A DNA stretch of 51,017 nucleotides from a plasmid: the sequence record NZ_CP032820.1. One strand, given 5' to 3'. Below the pieces are notes generated by a model, which worked only from the letters and a program-made list of their open reading frames with translations, did not search any database and had not been told where the DNA came from. Below are positions 19,376 through 29,433 of the stretch, one piece after another; within the stretch, counting starts at the first letter, position 1; every line of letters begins with the position of its first letter. The position numbers were made by a program, and so were the translations under genes.

Positions 19376-21331
19376 ATGGAAGAAAGCAAAGAATTACAAA
19401 AACTATATGGATTCATGCAAGCATTCATTTATATAACTGTTTGCATAGAGATTCTACTATTTGTTCATTTTCCCTTTAGTGAACAAATTATGCCCTTATT
19501 ATCAAAAATGGCAAAAATTCCTATCTATTCTAATATTCTTTATAGTAAACTATTTACATTCTTTATTATAATGGTTACTTGCATTGGAACACGTTCAAAA
19601 AAGGATTTAGAATTAGACCCGACTAAACAAATCATTTTTCCTTTAATCTTTGGATTCATAATGTTCTTTGGAAGTATATGCTTTCTTTTCTTTAAAGAAA
19701 AAGGAGAAACTAGTTTAGAATGGTATAATATAGCTTACATTATACTATCAATAATTGGAGCGACATTAATAAATTCAGCTCTAGATAACATTTCCAAACG
19801 TATTAAATCAAACTTTATGAAAGATAGATTTAATATAGAGAATGAAAGCTTTGAACAATCTAAAGACAAGGTAGAAACAGAATTCTCTGTCAATATTCCG
19901 ATGAAGTTTTTCTACAATAGAAAGTGGCATAATGGGTGGCTGAATATATGCAACTGTTTTCGTGGAACTTTCGTAATAGGAACGCCTGGAAGTGGTAAAT
20001 CTTTTTCTGTTATAAATTCTTTTATAAGACAACATTCAGCTAAAGGATTTGCAGAAGTTGTTTACGACTTCAAATTTCCTGAACTTGCCAAAATTGCATA
20101 TTATAATTATCAAAAGAACAAGCAATTAGGAAAAATACCAAGTAATTTCAAGTTCAATGTCATTAATTTTTCTGATATTGAATATAGTAGAAGAATAAAC
20201 CCATTGAAACGAGAATATATAGAAATCCTAGCAGATGCAACAGAAACGGCAGAAGCATTATATGAGAGTTTACAAAAAGGCGACAAAGGAAGTGGAGGTA
20301 ATAGCGATTTTTTTAAAACATCAGCAGTAAACTTGTTAGCAGCTTCTATTTATTTTTGGTCTAGATACGAGAATGGCAAATATTCAGATTTACCGCATGT
20401 ACTGGCTTTCCTTAATCAAGAATATGACGTACTTTTTAAAGTCCTCTTTTCCGAACCTGAATTAAAATCACTAGTTTCCCCATTTGAAGCTGCATATAAA
20501 TCAGGAGCAGTGGACCAATTAGAAGGACAGATGGCAAGTCTAAAAGTACAGTTATCAAGACTAGCAACTAAAGAATCTTTTTGGGTATTTAGTGGCAATG
20601 ATTTCAATTTAAAAGTATCAGATAAAAAAGACCCTAGTTATCTTATCATTGCAAATAACCCTAAAACACAAAGCATGAATAGTGCTTTAAATGCACTTAT
20701 CATTAACCGATTAACTAGACTTGTCAATACAAAAGGTAACTACCCTACTTCAATCATAGTAGATGAATGTCCCACATTATATTTTTATCAACTTGCAACA
20801 CTACTTTCTACTGCACGTAGCAATAAGGTTTCAATTTGTTTGGGATTACAGGAACTACCGCAATTAGAAGAACAATACGGCAAAGCTACCGCAAAAACTA
20901 TAACTTCTATTATAGGTAACACTTTATCCGGGCAAGCTAAAGCTCCTGAAACTTTAGATTGGCTACAAAAACTATTTGGAAAAGTTAAGCAAGTAAAAGA
21001 AGGTGTTACTATCAGAAGAAACGAAACAACAATTAATATGAATGAACAAATGGATTTTGTTATCCCGGCATCCAAAATATCTTCATTACAAGCTGGTACA
21101 TTAGTAGGGCAAGTTGCATTAGATTTTGGACAAGAAGATAATTTTCCAACAGCGATGTACCATTGCAAAACCAATTTAGATTTAAAAAAAATTAAGAAAG
21201 AAGAAGAAGCCTACAAAGAACTGCCAAAAGTATATAACTTTGGGACAGCAGATAATAGAGAGAAATTACTGCAAAAAAACTTTAAGAGAATATACGACGA
21301 AGTAGAAACAGTAATAGAACAATATGTATAA
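19376..21331 (+). CDS. Type IV coupling protein (VirD4/TraG/TraD family; Bacteroides MobC-type)
   Basis: N-terminal TM helices, Walker A GTPGSGKS, Walker B IIVDECP. 651 aa. Confidence 0.8.
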   Translation: MEESKELQKLYGFMQAFIYITVCIEILLFVHFPFSEQIMPLLSKMAKIPIYSNILYSKLFTFFIIMVTCIGTRSKKDLELDPTKQIIFPLIFGFIMFFGSICFLFFKEKGETSLEWYNIAYIILSIIGATLINSALDNISKRIKSNFMKDRFNIENESFEQSKDKVETEFSVNIPMKFFYNRKWHNGWLNICNCFRGTFVIGTPGSGKSFSVINSFIRQHSAKGFAEVVYDFKFPELAKIAYYNYQKNKQLGKIPSNFKFNVINFSDIEYSRRINPLKREYIEILADATETAEALYESLQKGDKGSGGNSDFFKTSAVNLLAASIYFWSRYENGKYSDLPHVLAFLNQEYDVLFKVLFSEPELKSLVSPFEAAYKSGAVDQLEGQMASLKVQLSRLATKESFWVFSGNDFNLKVSDKKDPSYLIIANNPKTQSMNSALNALIINRLTRLVNTKGNYPTSIIVDECPTLYFYQLATLLSTARSNKVSICLGLQELPQLEEQYGKATAKTITSIIGNTLSGQAKAPETLDWLQKLFGKVKQVKEGVTIRRNETTINMNEQMDFVIPASKISSLQAGTLVGQVALDFGQEDNFPTAMYHCKTNLDLKKIKKEEEAYKELPKVYNFGTADNREKLLQKNFKRIYDEVETVIEQYV

Positions 21332-21710
21332 CATTACATTACCAATTTTAGGCACAAGGTTAAAGCAAATCCGAGAGCATATAGGATATTCCCAAGCTCA
21401 ATTAGCAGAACAGCTGAACTGTAAACAAAATGCGATTTCAAATCTTGAACTAGGAAAAGGGGGCAGCCTAAAACTTTTATTTCAAGTGCTGAATTTTTAT
21501 TCTAACTATGTTTTTATAGATTTAATATTTAGTGAAAAGTTTTATCTGATTTCTAATACAGAAGAAGATGAAGCACAAAAAGCCAATTATAATTCTGTTA
21601 TAATAGAAATTATAAGACAATCAGAAAAAAACTATGAGGATGCTATGTCAAACGCTAAAAAAGAGCTAGAAGCTAATCTTCAAAAAGCCATCAATTTATT
21701 ACAGCCTTAA
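21324..21710 (+). CDS. XRE-family HTH transcriptional regulator
   Basis: HTH_XRE pattern LKQIREHIGYSQAQLAEQLNCKQNAISNLELGK. Overlaps the coupling-protein stop. Confidence 0.6.
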   Translation: MYNITLPILGTRLKQIREHIGYSQAQLAEQLNCKQNAISNLELGKGGSLKLLFQVLNFYSNYVFIDLIFSEKFYLISNTEEDEAQKANYNSVIIEIIRQSEKNYEDAMSNAKKELEANLQKAINLLQP

Positions 21711-21748
21711 TAAAATAAAAGAGAGTACCAAATACTCTCTTTTATTTT
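21711..21748 (+). terminator. Intrinsic terminator (perfect hairpin) after the XRE gene
   Basis: AATAAAAGAGAGTA-ccaaa-TACTCTCTTTTATTTT. Confidence 0.6.
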
Positions 21749-21761
21749 CAATATTACTTTA

Positions 21762-21940
21762 AAGAATTTGTTGATACCGTACTTTTCGGAGTTCCGGCAC
21801 TGATGGGCAAACATGGCATGATGAAATGATACCGAATTATCATTCCTGGCACACCCTGCAGAACGACCTTTTGATACCAAATACAAAAAGCAGCCGGAAG
21901 CCGGACGCAAAAAATTGATACCATAAAACAAAAAAAGAAA
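21762..21940. repeat. Type B repeat, solitary copy
   Basis: Near-identical to 8322-8510. Four TTGATACC/TGATACC boxes. Sits between convergent genes. Confidence 0.85.
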
Positions 21941-22001
21941 AGTGTTTTCTAAACTAGCCTAACCAAAATCTTTTGTTTCACAAAACGACCCTTTTTCTGT
22001 A

Positions 22002-22442
22002 CTAAAGAAAACGGTTCTTTTTTTGCTTAATCAAAGAACTTATGTCGCTACGGTGTTTAGTTAACCAATCTTCCAAAATAAACGAAACTAAAGATGAAAT
22101 AGGTATTTTGGCTTTAGCTTTGAGCAACCCAAACACCTCTTTTACATCTGTATCAACATATAGAACTTCCTTGCAATTATAATTTTTTCCTTTAATGTAC
22201 TCTAATAAGTCCGTCAAATCCATTTCACTAGAGCCATTAAAATTAAAAACTTCCGAAGAAGTTGTTTCCATTTCTACATGAAGTGGTTCTTTCTCCTCTT
22301 CAACTTCATATTTAGCTTCTTGAATAGGAGCTTCATTTATACTACTCCCATGCAATTCTTCACCTCTTATCATTTTAGCTATTTCCAGAACACTAGAAAT
22401 ACCTTCATTTTGCTTTTTCCTTAATTTATCAGCCATGTGCAA
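22002..22442 (-). CDS. DUF3408-like protein (TraB position, downstream of ParA)
   Basis: 146 aa, acidic N-terminus, conserved C-terminal block. Gene order relaxase-parA-this gene. Confidence 0.4.
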   Translation of the reverse strand: MHMADKLRKKQNEGISSVLEIAKMIRGEELHGSSINEAPIQEAKYEVEEEKEPLHVEMETTSSEVFNFNGSSEMDLTDLLEYIKGKNYNCKEVLYVDTDVKEVFGLLKAKAKIPISSLVSFILEDWLTKHRSDISSLIKQKKNRFL

Positions 22443-22494
22443 ATATATACAATAAATGAATAACTTTATAACAAATATCTATTAAAAGAATATT

Positions 22495-23118
22495 TTATTT
22501 TATTGCTCCTTCTTGAATGATATAATCATAAGCATTCTTCACCTTATCAATACACTCATTACTAATTGCTAATGTATTTATACGTTCCATAGCAACAGAA
22601 GCTGGTATTTCATCTGTAACAAAACCAACTTGCTTAAGAATATCAACTACCTGTTCTTTTGTTTCATATCTTACCGCAGTTCTCATATTGTTAGGTAAAA
22701 AGAATATTTTGGCTTTTACATTTAAATACTGTAACACTTGGATAAAAAAACCTGTACTATCCATTGTAAATTTATCGTATTTAAATGGGCATATTATTAT
22801 ATCCGCAGCTTTAAGAATAGTTCCCAGAGCATCATCATCAATCTTACCAGGCAAATCTATTAATAGATTTCCTTGCTCAACCTTAGTAAAATCACTAATA
22901 ATTTTAGCAACATTAGATATATCGGTTTGTATAACCTCATATTTAGGTTCATTATCATAGGTCGCAATATCTTCTTTTCTTCTATCCGATAATGAACGCT
23001 GAAAATCTAAATCCAATACTAGAACTTCTTTTCCTTTTTCTACTAGATAGTTGGCAAATTGTATGCAATTAGTCGTTTTACCACAACCGCCTTTCTGATT
23101 CCCAAATAATATTATCAT
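22495..23118 (-). CDS. ParA/MinD-family ATPase (TraA-like)
   Basis: Deviant Walker A KGGCGKTT at residues 9-16. Confidence 0.8.
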   Translation of the reverse strand: MIILFGNQKGGCGKTTNCIQFANYLVEKGKEVLVLDLDFQRSLSDRRKEDIATYDNEPKYEVIQTDISNVAKIISDFTKVEQGNLLIDLPGKIDDDALGTILKAADIIICPFKYDKFTMDSTGFFIQVLQYLNVKAKIFFLPNNMRTAVRYETKEQVVDILKQVGFVTDEIPASVAMERINTLAISNECIDKVKNAYDYIIQEGAIK

Positions 23119-23134
23119 ATCTTACTTATATTTA

Positions 23135-24754
23135 TTAATTTTGTTGCTGTCCTCTTTTCTTTTTCCTATTAGGAGATTTATCTTGCTGTACATTTATATG
23201 CTGGCTAAGAATATCACAAATAGCATCAATCAGATTAAATCCCCTTGCCAGTTCTGAATCTTGTTCAACATTTATTCTTTCCATCTTATCAAGAGTAACT
23301 AGAGTAATCCTATCTTTACTATAGCCATCTTTTATAATATTGATTCCTAAATCATCAGTACTTACGATTACTTTATTCTTTTTATCTATTAGATAAACTA
23401 AATTATCATCTTCAACAAAAAGAATTCCTTTTTCTCTTAATGTAGAATGTAAATCTGAACTATGAGCCAAATAACTATTTATCATATCAGTATAGACAGT
23501 ATTTTTTTTATCCATATGCTCTTGAATCAAAATATCATCTTTTTTCACATGATAAATTCTACTTAACAACTCGGCTTCTTTAAGTGTAGCAACATTAAAT
23601 TTATTTGCTTCATACACTCTGCTATTATATCTAAGTTCTTTCAACAGTTTTTTATCAAGAACCAATAAAGCCTTATCATCACCATTTATAAATATTGTGC
23701 CATTCATTGAAAACCTATAACCGTAATCTAACATTAATTTCTTGAAACTATCCATTGTATATTTTGTTCCATCTTTCAAAAGAAGATTAATTATACTATT
23801 ACAGTGTTCAACTTTTGCTTGTTTATTAGGCTCTACTAAAAGTTCCTTCAAATCCATAACTTCCCCACCTTTCAGAACTCTCTTATTTCTATAATCAATT
23901 AATGTATATCCATAAGGTTTAGTATGTCCTTTTCCTGTATGAAAGACTAAATTTATACCAAACTTATCTTTCATCAAAGTTTGAAGTTCTGTATAGGAAA
24001 GTCCTTGCTTATATTTAAATAAAAGAGCTGTTATCTGTTTTCTTCTTTCTTCATCAGGTGTATATTGTTTAGCTTTATCTTTTATCTGCTCTAATTGAAT
24101 TGAAGCGTGCTTTTCACCACCCTTATACAAAATTAATAATCCATCCTTTTCTCTTAATTTCCATCCTGATTGTTCAAGTAACAACTTATATTGCTGCACT
24201 GTAGAAAAAGAAAACTCCATGTATTTTGAAATATCATCTTTAGCCTTCAAAGCTAAATCAACATTCATTATTTGATTTATGACTTTCTGTGAGCGCACAG
24301 CTTCCATATTATCTTTTACCTTCTGTCCGTTCTTCTGTACTCGTGTAGAAACAATATGTACATGATTATTTTCTGTATCAGAATGAAAATATATCATATA
24401 AGGATTATTTCCATAACCCATTTTATTTATATATTGCAAAGCTACATTTTTCAAATCCTCTGCCGAATATTCACGCCCCTTACATGAAATCACTGCATGA
24501 AATTGTTTTGCCTTGACCGCTGGATTAGTCCTACAGACAGATTCCATATAAGCTATATAATCCGACTTCTTCAAATTATCTGGATTCATAGCAAAATTTT
24601 CTGCAACAAGAAGTTCACTCTTGCCTTCCTCATTCTTTCGCTCATTATAATCAATACCAGCGAAAGAAGTTGCCGCTTTTAAAACTACTACTACCATATT
24701 TATAACTTCACACCGCAAATATACAAACAAATATTCAATAAAAGAATATTTCAA
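23135..24754 (-). CDS. Conjugative relaxase (MobA/VirD2-type nuclease domain; Bacteroides MobB-like); likely start at MVVVVL (about 24695)
   Basis: Relaxase histidine motif NNHVHIVSTRV and an N-terminal Tyr-containing region. Confidence 0.7.
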   Translation of the reverse strand: MKYSFIEYLFVYLRCEVINMVVVVLKAATSFAGIDYNERKNEEGKSELLVAENFAMNPDNLKKSDYIAYMESVCRTNPAVKAKQFHAVISCKGREYSAEDLKNVALQYINKMGYGNNPYMIYFHSDTENNHVHIVSTRVQKNGQKVKDNMEAVRSQKVINQIMNVDLALKAKDDISKYMEFSFSTVQQYKLLLEQSGWKLREKDGLLILYKGGEKHASIQLEQIKDKAKQYTPDEERRKQITALLFKYKQGLSYTELQTLMKDKFGINLVFHTGKGHTKPYGYTLIDYRNKRVLKGGEVMDLKELLVEPNKQAKVEHCNSIINLLLKDGTKYTMDSFKKLMLDYGYRFSMNGTIFINGDDKALLVLDKKLLKELRYNSRVYEANKFNVATLKEAELLSRIYHVKKDDILIQEHMDKKNTVYTDMINSYLAHSSDLHSTLREKGILFVEDDNLVYLIDKKNKVIVSTDDLGINIIKDGYSKDRITLVTLDKMERINVEQDSELARGFNLIDAICDILSQHINVQQDKSPNRKKKRGQQQN

Positions 24755-24820
24755 TATAATTTATTCATATAATAAATATTCAAATATTATATATTCATAT
24801 ATTATTTATATATATAATAT

Positions 24821-25069
24821 TTTTCCCTAAAGTTTTTGGTATCATAATAATGTTCTCTTATCGTCCATGCCGGGCAGAACCCGGAAAAGTACGGTATCAA
24901 ATACCTTCCCGGTTTCTCTCCAGTGCAGGCAGAAAAGGTATCAATTAGATGCAATCCTTTTGCTGATGGGCGATAGTTCCTGAATGGTGTCGGTGTCTTT
25001 TCTTTTATGATGCAGCCGTTTTCCTGTATTCAGGTATAGAGAGAAACGACACAAGGAACTTTAGGGAAA
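24821..25069. repeat. Type A repeat, solitary MITE-like copy with perfect 14-bp TIRs
   Basis: TTTTCCCTAAAGTT at 24821-24834 and AACTTTAGGGAAAA at 25056-25069. The interior is identical to other type A copies and carries three GGTATCA(A) boxes. Confidence 0.85.
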
Positions 25070-25130
25070 AGAAATAGTAACGCTGTCTTTATCACTAAAA
25101 TTATATATATAAATATTATATATACATATA

Positions 25131-25487
25131 TTATTTGATTGACATCAACTTACGCCAAGTAACATTCAATTTATCTTGCATAATTACATAGTCTGCCATT
25201 TTCTTTTCTACCTCATTAAGAACCTCTTGATTAACTTCTTCCTTATGAATATTTACATACCTAGCCAACTGATTTATATTATTTCCTATACGTTTCATTT
25301 CCAAACAAATTTCATCCATCGAACGAATAAATTCTTTAGGGTCAATAAGACCAACTCCTTTCCTAAAGACTCTCTGTCTAAAATAATCTGACATACATTT
25401 GCTAGATTTAGAAGCTTTAGTTAGTTCTTCATATTCTAAATTCGTTAAGCGAACTTTCACTATTCTATCTCTTTTATTTGCTTTCAT
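25131..25487 (-). CDS. MobC-family relaxosome accessory protein (Bacteroides MobA-like)
   Basis: IGNNINQLARYVN motif typical of pfam MobC. RHH-like N-terminus (VRLTNLEYEEL). Confidence 0.7.
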   Translation of the reverse strand: MKANKRDRIVKVRLTNLEYEELTKASKSSKCMSDYFRQRVFRKGVGLIDPKEFIRSMDEICLEMKRIGNNINQLARYVNIHKEEVNQEVLNEVEKKMADYVIMQDKLNVTWRKLMSIK

Positions 25488-25494
25488 ACTATGA

Positions 25495-25660
25495 TACTAA
25501 ATAATATATGCCCCCAAGTTGCGAGGGGGCTAAACTCCTGATTTATCAGGCAAGATTTGGTTTTTGTGTCCACAAAAACACATCTTGCTATTAATTTCTA
25601 CAAACGCAAATATATAAATTACTAAACACCCTCCCAAACAAAAGGGAAAAAAATACAATT
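25495..25660. promoter_or_regulatory. Candidate oriT/promoter region upstream of the mobA-mobB operon
   Basis: Two hairpins: GCCCCC-aagttgcga-GGGGGC, and GCAAGATTTGGTTTTTGTG...CACAAAAACACATCTTGC (imperfect IR). Confidence 0.4.
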
Positions 25661-26160
25661 AGATAAGTTTTTTTGGTATCATAATAATGTTCTCTTATCG
25701 TCCATGCCGGGCAGAACCCGGAAAAGTACGGTATCAAATACCTTCCCGGTTTCTCTCCAGTGCAGGCAGAAAAGGTATCAATTAGATGCAATCCTTTTGC
25801 TGATGGGCGATAGTTCCTGAATGGTGTCGGTATCGTTTCTTTTATGATGCAGCCGTTTTTCTGTATTCAGATATAGAGAGAAACGACACAAAGAACTTTA
25901 GGGAAAAGAAGATTCTTCGTGTTGCTTTTTCTGGAAGTGGAGTATATTAATCATATATTATATGTTTATAGGTTCATATATTATATATTATATATTCATA
26001 TATTATTTATATATAGTGTTTTCTCTTTGTTCTTTTTCCCTATAGTTTTATGGTATCAATTTTTTGTGTCCGGCTTCCGGCAGCTTTTTGTATTTGGTAT
26101 CAAAAAGGCGTTCTTCAGAACATATCGAGCATGATAATTCGGTATCAATTTCTTTCCCTA
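25660..26160. repeat. Composite repeat copy 2, reverse orientation: type A (25672-25907), linker, type B (26030-26160)
   Basis: Near-identical to the other copies. Nine GGTATCA(A) boxes. Confidence 0.9.
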
Positions 26161-26165
26161 CAGTA

Positions 26166-26590
26166 TATCAAAAAAGCATAGGGACAAAAACCCAACTTTT
26201 TAAAATATGTTTTTTTTAGATAGGGACAAAAACCCAACTTTCGATTGATTAGTTGTATCATATAGTGTCTTTTTTTGTTAATAGGTGTTCTTTTCCCTAA
26301 AGTTTGTGTTAAGATTATGAGAAAAGTTCCTTTTTTATGGGTTTATGTAATAAGAAAAGTTCCTTTTTTGTGTTTGGTATGATTATCAGGTTTTTTTTTA
26401 TCAGCTAGTGATGGTAGTACCCTTAAAAATGAAAGGGTAACTATCTGAAAAACAACAGATAATGGTAAAAAATCAGGGACAAAAACCCAACTTCTTAGGG
26501 ACAAAAACCCAACTTCTTAGGGACAAAAACCCAACTTCTTAGGGACAAAAACCCAACTTTTAGCCCCCTCCTAGGGACAAAAACCCAACT
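26166..26590. repeat. Iteron region (putative oriV): about 7 copies of GGGACAAAAACCCAACTT, including 4 tandem 22-bp units at 26474-26561
   Basis: Tandem AGGGACAAAAACCCAACTTCTT x4 and dispersed copies at about 26179, 26231 and 26572. Also GAAAAGTTCCTTTTTT x2 and the hairpin TACCCTTaaaaatgaaAGGGTA. Confidence 0.75.
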
Positions 26591-26591
26591 T

Positions 26592-27749
26592 TTATTCATC
26601 TTCTTTTTCTTCTCCAATCATTCCGGGGAGTATTTCTACTTCTTTTAATAATACGGATAAACAATATTCTGCTTTATTTGAAATTTTATTCCAGTTATCT
26701 CTAACATATTCGCCTAGATAAAGCATCTTAGTTACTACTGCTTTATAGTTGCTTAATGTAATCTGTGGAATAAACTGCTGCAAATGCTCGTCCTTCATTG
26801 CAAAGTGCAAAGAACAAAAATTCGTTATCATCTTCTTTTGTCCTTTTAATAGTTCTTCTTCCTTCTTTGATAATGCAGACTTAATAACTTTGAAATTAAG
26901 TTTATAAGGCTGTGTATCGCCTGAATTACGATAAACTTCTGCCATTTCAAACCAGCAATCAGCCTGTTCAAACAAATCATCGTAAACAGGGCGTATTACA
27001 CGTTTATACAAATCTTTAAATTCGGGGTATTTATCTTCTAATTTTAAGAATTTCCGAAATCTATCCACATAGATAGAAAAACCACCTTTTTCTTTCCATG
27101 AGCTAATCAGCATATACATTCTTATTGTATATCTACTTTGCGCTCTTAAAGCTATCTCTTTTATATAGCGTGTAAAACCTCTATCAACATTAATGAAAAC
27201 TTTAGCAACCTCTCTATCCATTTCTAAAGAAAAACCTCTTGAATAAGGAGTTTTAGGTATATTTGCCTTAGTGAATAAACCAGTAATAGACCAACTATCC
27301 TCACCTGTTATTGGGTCTTTAACATCAAGCTCTACAGGAATACTGATTAATTTACGAACCATGCTTTTTACTTCCTTGTATTGGTCTGGATTAACGCCCA
27401 AATCCCGATATGCGATATCTACTCTTATACGGTCTGAATATTCTTGAAATAAAGATAATTGCTCGCATGGAATAGATGTACCATATTTATCTAGATGCTG
27501 AATACTTAATTCTATGACATCCTGTAATTTCTCTATAACAGCAATTAAGATTCTAATCTGTACTGTCTTAAAATCACCAGCCATTAATGTAACTACATTA
27601 GGTTGTTTCAGCCATGTGGGATTTTCTGGGAGTTTCACAGGAAGATTTGTACGAGGATGCCCTTTCCTAATTCTAACAATCTCACCGTCTATTTCTTCTT
27701 TTTCTTCTTTCACCGCACGTTTTCGGGCTTTTATTTCTCTATTTACCAT
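26592..27749 (-). CDS. Plasmid replication initiator protein (Rep), iteron-associated
   Basis: 385-aa basic protein directly abutting the iteron array. Resembles Bacteroidales plasmid RepA-type initiators. Confidence 0.6.
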   Translation of the reverse strand: MVNREIKARKRAVKEEKEEIDGEIVRIRKGHPRTNLPVKLPENPTWLKQPNVVTLMAGDFKTVQIRILIAVIEKLQDVIELSIQHLDKYGTSIPCEQLSLFQEYSDRIRVDIAYRDLGVNPDQYKEVKSMVRKLISIPVELDVKDPITGEDSWSITGLFTKANIPKTPYSRGFSLEMDREVAKVFINVDRGFTRYIKEIALRAQSRYTIRMYMLISSWKEKGGFSIYVDRFRKFLKLEDKYPEFKDLYKRVIRPVYDDLFEQADCWFEMAEVYRNSGDTQPYKLNFKVIKSALSKKEEELLKGQKKMITNFCSLHFAMKDEHLQQFIPQITLSNYKAVVTKMLYLGEYVRDNWNKISNKAEYCLSVLLKEVEILPGMIGEEKEDE

Positions 27750-27911
27750 CGCTTATTATTTTGACTGATTAATACTCCAAAAAAAAGTAGAATAAAGAAC
27801 ACAAACATAAACTTGGCTATATAAAATAGCCCTATGAAAATCATTCTAAAAATAGCAATGATAATTTCTAATAGATTTCTTATTATGTTCCTCCAGTCCA
27901 TTTTCTTTGTT

Positions 27912-28124
27912 TTATAATTCCTGTCGCCAAAGCTCCGGCTGCACTATTGTATAACCAGCACTTTGCAAATATACTCTTTTAAATTCATCGGGCAACGTTC
28001 CTTCAAGGAATTGCTTTTTATGCCTTGATGCAGTTCGGCGGTCATATGGACTATTTTTAGACCAACCTCTTTTAAGAATTAGTTCCTTAAAGCATTCATC
28101 TAATGTTTTTGCTTTATCTATCAT
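27912..28124 (-). CDS. Small hypothetical protein
   Basis: 70-aa ORF in the co-oriented small-gene run. Confidence 0.35.
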   Translation of the reverse strand: MIDKAKTLDECFKELILKRGWSKNSPYDRRTASRHKKQFLEGTLPDEFKRVYLQSAGYTIVQPELWRQEL

Positions 28125-28596
28125 AATCTTTTCGTAAAGAAATTATAGGGTTTTTCATCCCTTTATACGTTTCACAAGGATTTCCTAACAGTTCGCACAT
28201 AACAAAATGTACAATTTTTCCTTCATCCAATGATAAATTCGATTTATTTGCTAATTCTACAACTAATGTATATTGATAACTATAGTTCTCAACAACAATT
28301 TCTTTTTCATTGGAAACTTCATTGTAAATCTTTCTATACTTATGCCATAAAGACGTATTAAAAAGCTCTACCGTAAGAAAATTGTTTACCTGCTCTGTTG
28401 TATAGTCTTCTGGCAAACGTTTCCCTGTAAGTCTATAAACAGCCTCCATTTTTGCTTTTTTTCCTACAAACTTTTTTTTCCCAATCATCTGACAAGAAGG
28501 GAGTTCATCCCTAGATATAAAAGGCTTCAAATCTGACACCCTACGATATACCTTATATTCAATAAACATTCTATCTATATTTTGATTATATGACAT
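28114..28596 (-). CDS. Hypothetical protein
   Basis: 160-aa ORF, overlaps the downstream gene by 11 bp. Confidence 0.4.
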   Translation of the reverse strand: MSYNQNIDRMFIEYKVYRRVSDLKPFISRDELPSCQMIGKKKFVGKKAKMEAVYRLTGKRLPEDYTTEQVNNFLTVELFNTSLWHKYRKIYNEVSNEKEIVVENYSYQYTLVVELANKSNLSLDEGKIVHFVMCELLGNPCETYKGMKNPIISLRKDYDR

Positions 28597-28629
28597 CTAT
28601 TCCCTTTCACACTATTCGAAAAATTATGG

Positions 28630-28947
28630 TCATTTATCCCAATCATAATTATCGTAATCTATTTCCTTTCCTGTAGCATGGCATTCAGCCACATAATCAG
28701 CCCATTTTTTTCGCTTCGTCACATCAAAAGGCATACGTAGAAACTCATCCTTCCAAGGCTGTATAAAGTAACCAAAATCGTGTTTGTTCGTTACATACTG
28801 AACAGCATCTCTAATGGCGTTATACTCATATCCTTCTTTCAACAATGGTTCGTCACCCAGTTTAGAGTATATGTTTGCCACTTCCCGAAGCATCTTTGCA
28901 AATTCTTTGTATGTGGCAAAATTCTTTTCTTTTTTATCCATAATCAT
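28630..28947 (-). CDS. Hypothetical protein
   Basis: 105-aa ORF. Confidence 0.4.
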   Translation of the reverse strand: MIMDKKEKNFATYKEFAKMLREVANIYSKLGDEPLLKEGYEYNAIRDAVQYVTNKHDFGYFIQPWKDEFLRMPFDVTKRKKWADYVAECHATGKEIDYDNYDWDK

Positions 28948-28965
28948 TCTTTTTTGTTTTGAGTA

Positions 28966-29184
28966 TTAATTTTTTTCGATGAAAGTATTGGTTGTATTCA
29001 ACACCCCGGCTGAATCTCGACTTTTGCCATCTCTTATGAAGATTCCTTCTTCTTTCAACCGTTCATAATCAAATTCATTCATCATGATAATGACAATATT
29101 TTCATTTGTATATAGCTTACACTTCATAAATTGAGTACCTTCTATTTTTCCAATTACGTCTATTTGGATTGTTCTTTCATTCAT
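28966..29184 (-). CDS. Small hypothetical protein
   Basis: 72-aa ORF. Confidence 0.35.
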   Translation of the reverse strand: MNERTIQIDVIGKIEGTQFMKCKLYTNENIVIIMMNEFDYERLKEEGIFIRDGKSRDSAGVLNTTNTFIEKN

Positions 29185-29214
29185 AATTCGTTTATTTATA
29201 TATCGATTTGAGGA

Positions 29215-29421
29215 TTATTCTTGTTTTTTTACTTCATATCCCTTTTCTCTGAGATACGCTGCTATATACTCATCATCTCCGACATCATTAAGGACATCGA
29301 AAAGATAACCTTTTACATAACTGGCTACTGCAAGCGCATTTGCATACTCGATGTTCTGCGAAATGAATCTCACTTTCTCTGTTCTTCCTAAGCCTCTGAA
29401 GGCTTCTTCAATTTTGCTCAT
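29215..29421 (-). CDS. Small hypothetical protein
   Basis: 68-aa ORF. Confidence 0.35.
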   Translation of the reverse strand: MSKIEEAFRGLGRTEKVRFISQNIEYANALAVASYVKGYLFDVLNDVGDDEYIAAYLREKGYEVKKQE

Positions 29422-29433
29422 ATTTATACTGTT

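Noticed and set aside
26474-26561. Tandem 22-bp repeats that could be mistaken for a CRISPR array
   Set aside because: Units are contiguous with no spacers, the period is 22 bp, and they sit directly beside a Rep gene. They are classic iterons. No cas genes are present in the window.
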